From contig JAGIQG010000013.1 of assembly GCA_024679065.1 (NCBI GenBank), positions 42,594,001-42,658,000 on the forward strand: 64,000 nt of DNA. The letters run 5' to 3'. Both the position numbers and the translations under genes were made by a program. Positions 63,791-64,000 of the stretch are shown here, piece after piece (the first letter of the stretch is position 1; the number at the start of each line of letters is the position of its first letter). The notes beneath the pieces were generated by a model that saw only the letters and a list, made by a program, of their open reading frames with translations, made no database searches and was not told the origin of the DNA. The DNA comes from Sphyrna mokarran. Its lineage: Eukaryota.

Positions 63791-64000
63791 GTCTTTATAC
63801 CATACTTGACTTGCAGTTAAGCACATCATTACAGAAATGCAGGCTATAGTGAAGCAATTGATTGAACAGCAATGTGTGGCCTATATTTAAAACAATGCTC
63901 ACAATATCATATATGAACATAGTGACACCATCCTATTGTTGGAGGAACTGACTGAATATGCATCTACAAGAGTGCGTTTGGAATTACCTTAAAATGGCAG

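Overview
Eukaryotic, CpG-depleted, AT-rich vertebrate DNA. The repeat content (HE1-type SINEs, CR1/HER1-like LINEs, DeuSINE tails) points to an elasmobranch, probably a shark; this is inferred, not searched. I recognise no host protein-coding gene, so the window looks intergenic or deep-intronic. It is a nested transposon landscape: about 13 CR1 LINE pieces (three near-identical young copies), four SINE families, five Penelope-like (PLE) insertions carrying minimal hammerhead ribozyme (HHR) motifs (one with a GIY-YIG endonuclease remnant), a decayed PIF/Harbinger transposon with transposase and a convergent partner gene, many Harbinger Myb/SANT remnants and MITEs, probable solo LTRs, and Rex1-, RTE- and Tx1-like LINE ends. 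Most notable: an intact PLE hammerhead core; an inverted-repeat PLE whose reconstructed hammerhead has a compensatory U3-A8 pair; a perfect 15-bp hairpin inside an old Eulor-like palindrome; a HE1 SINE subfamily with a swapped 3' tail; and a young CR1 whose frameshifts look like assembly errors. Family names come from recalled motifs, and boundaries of old repeats are approximate (tens of bp).
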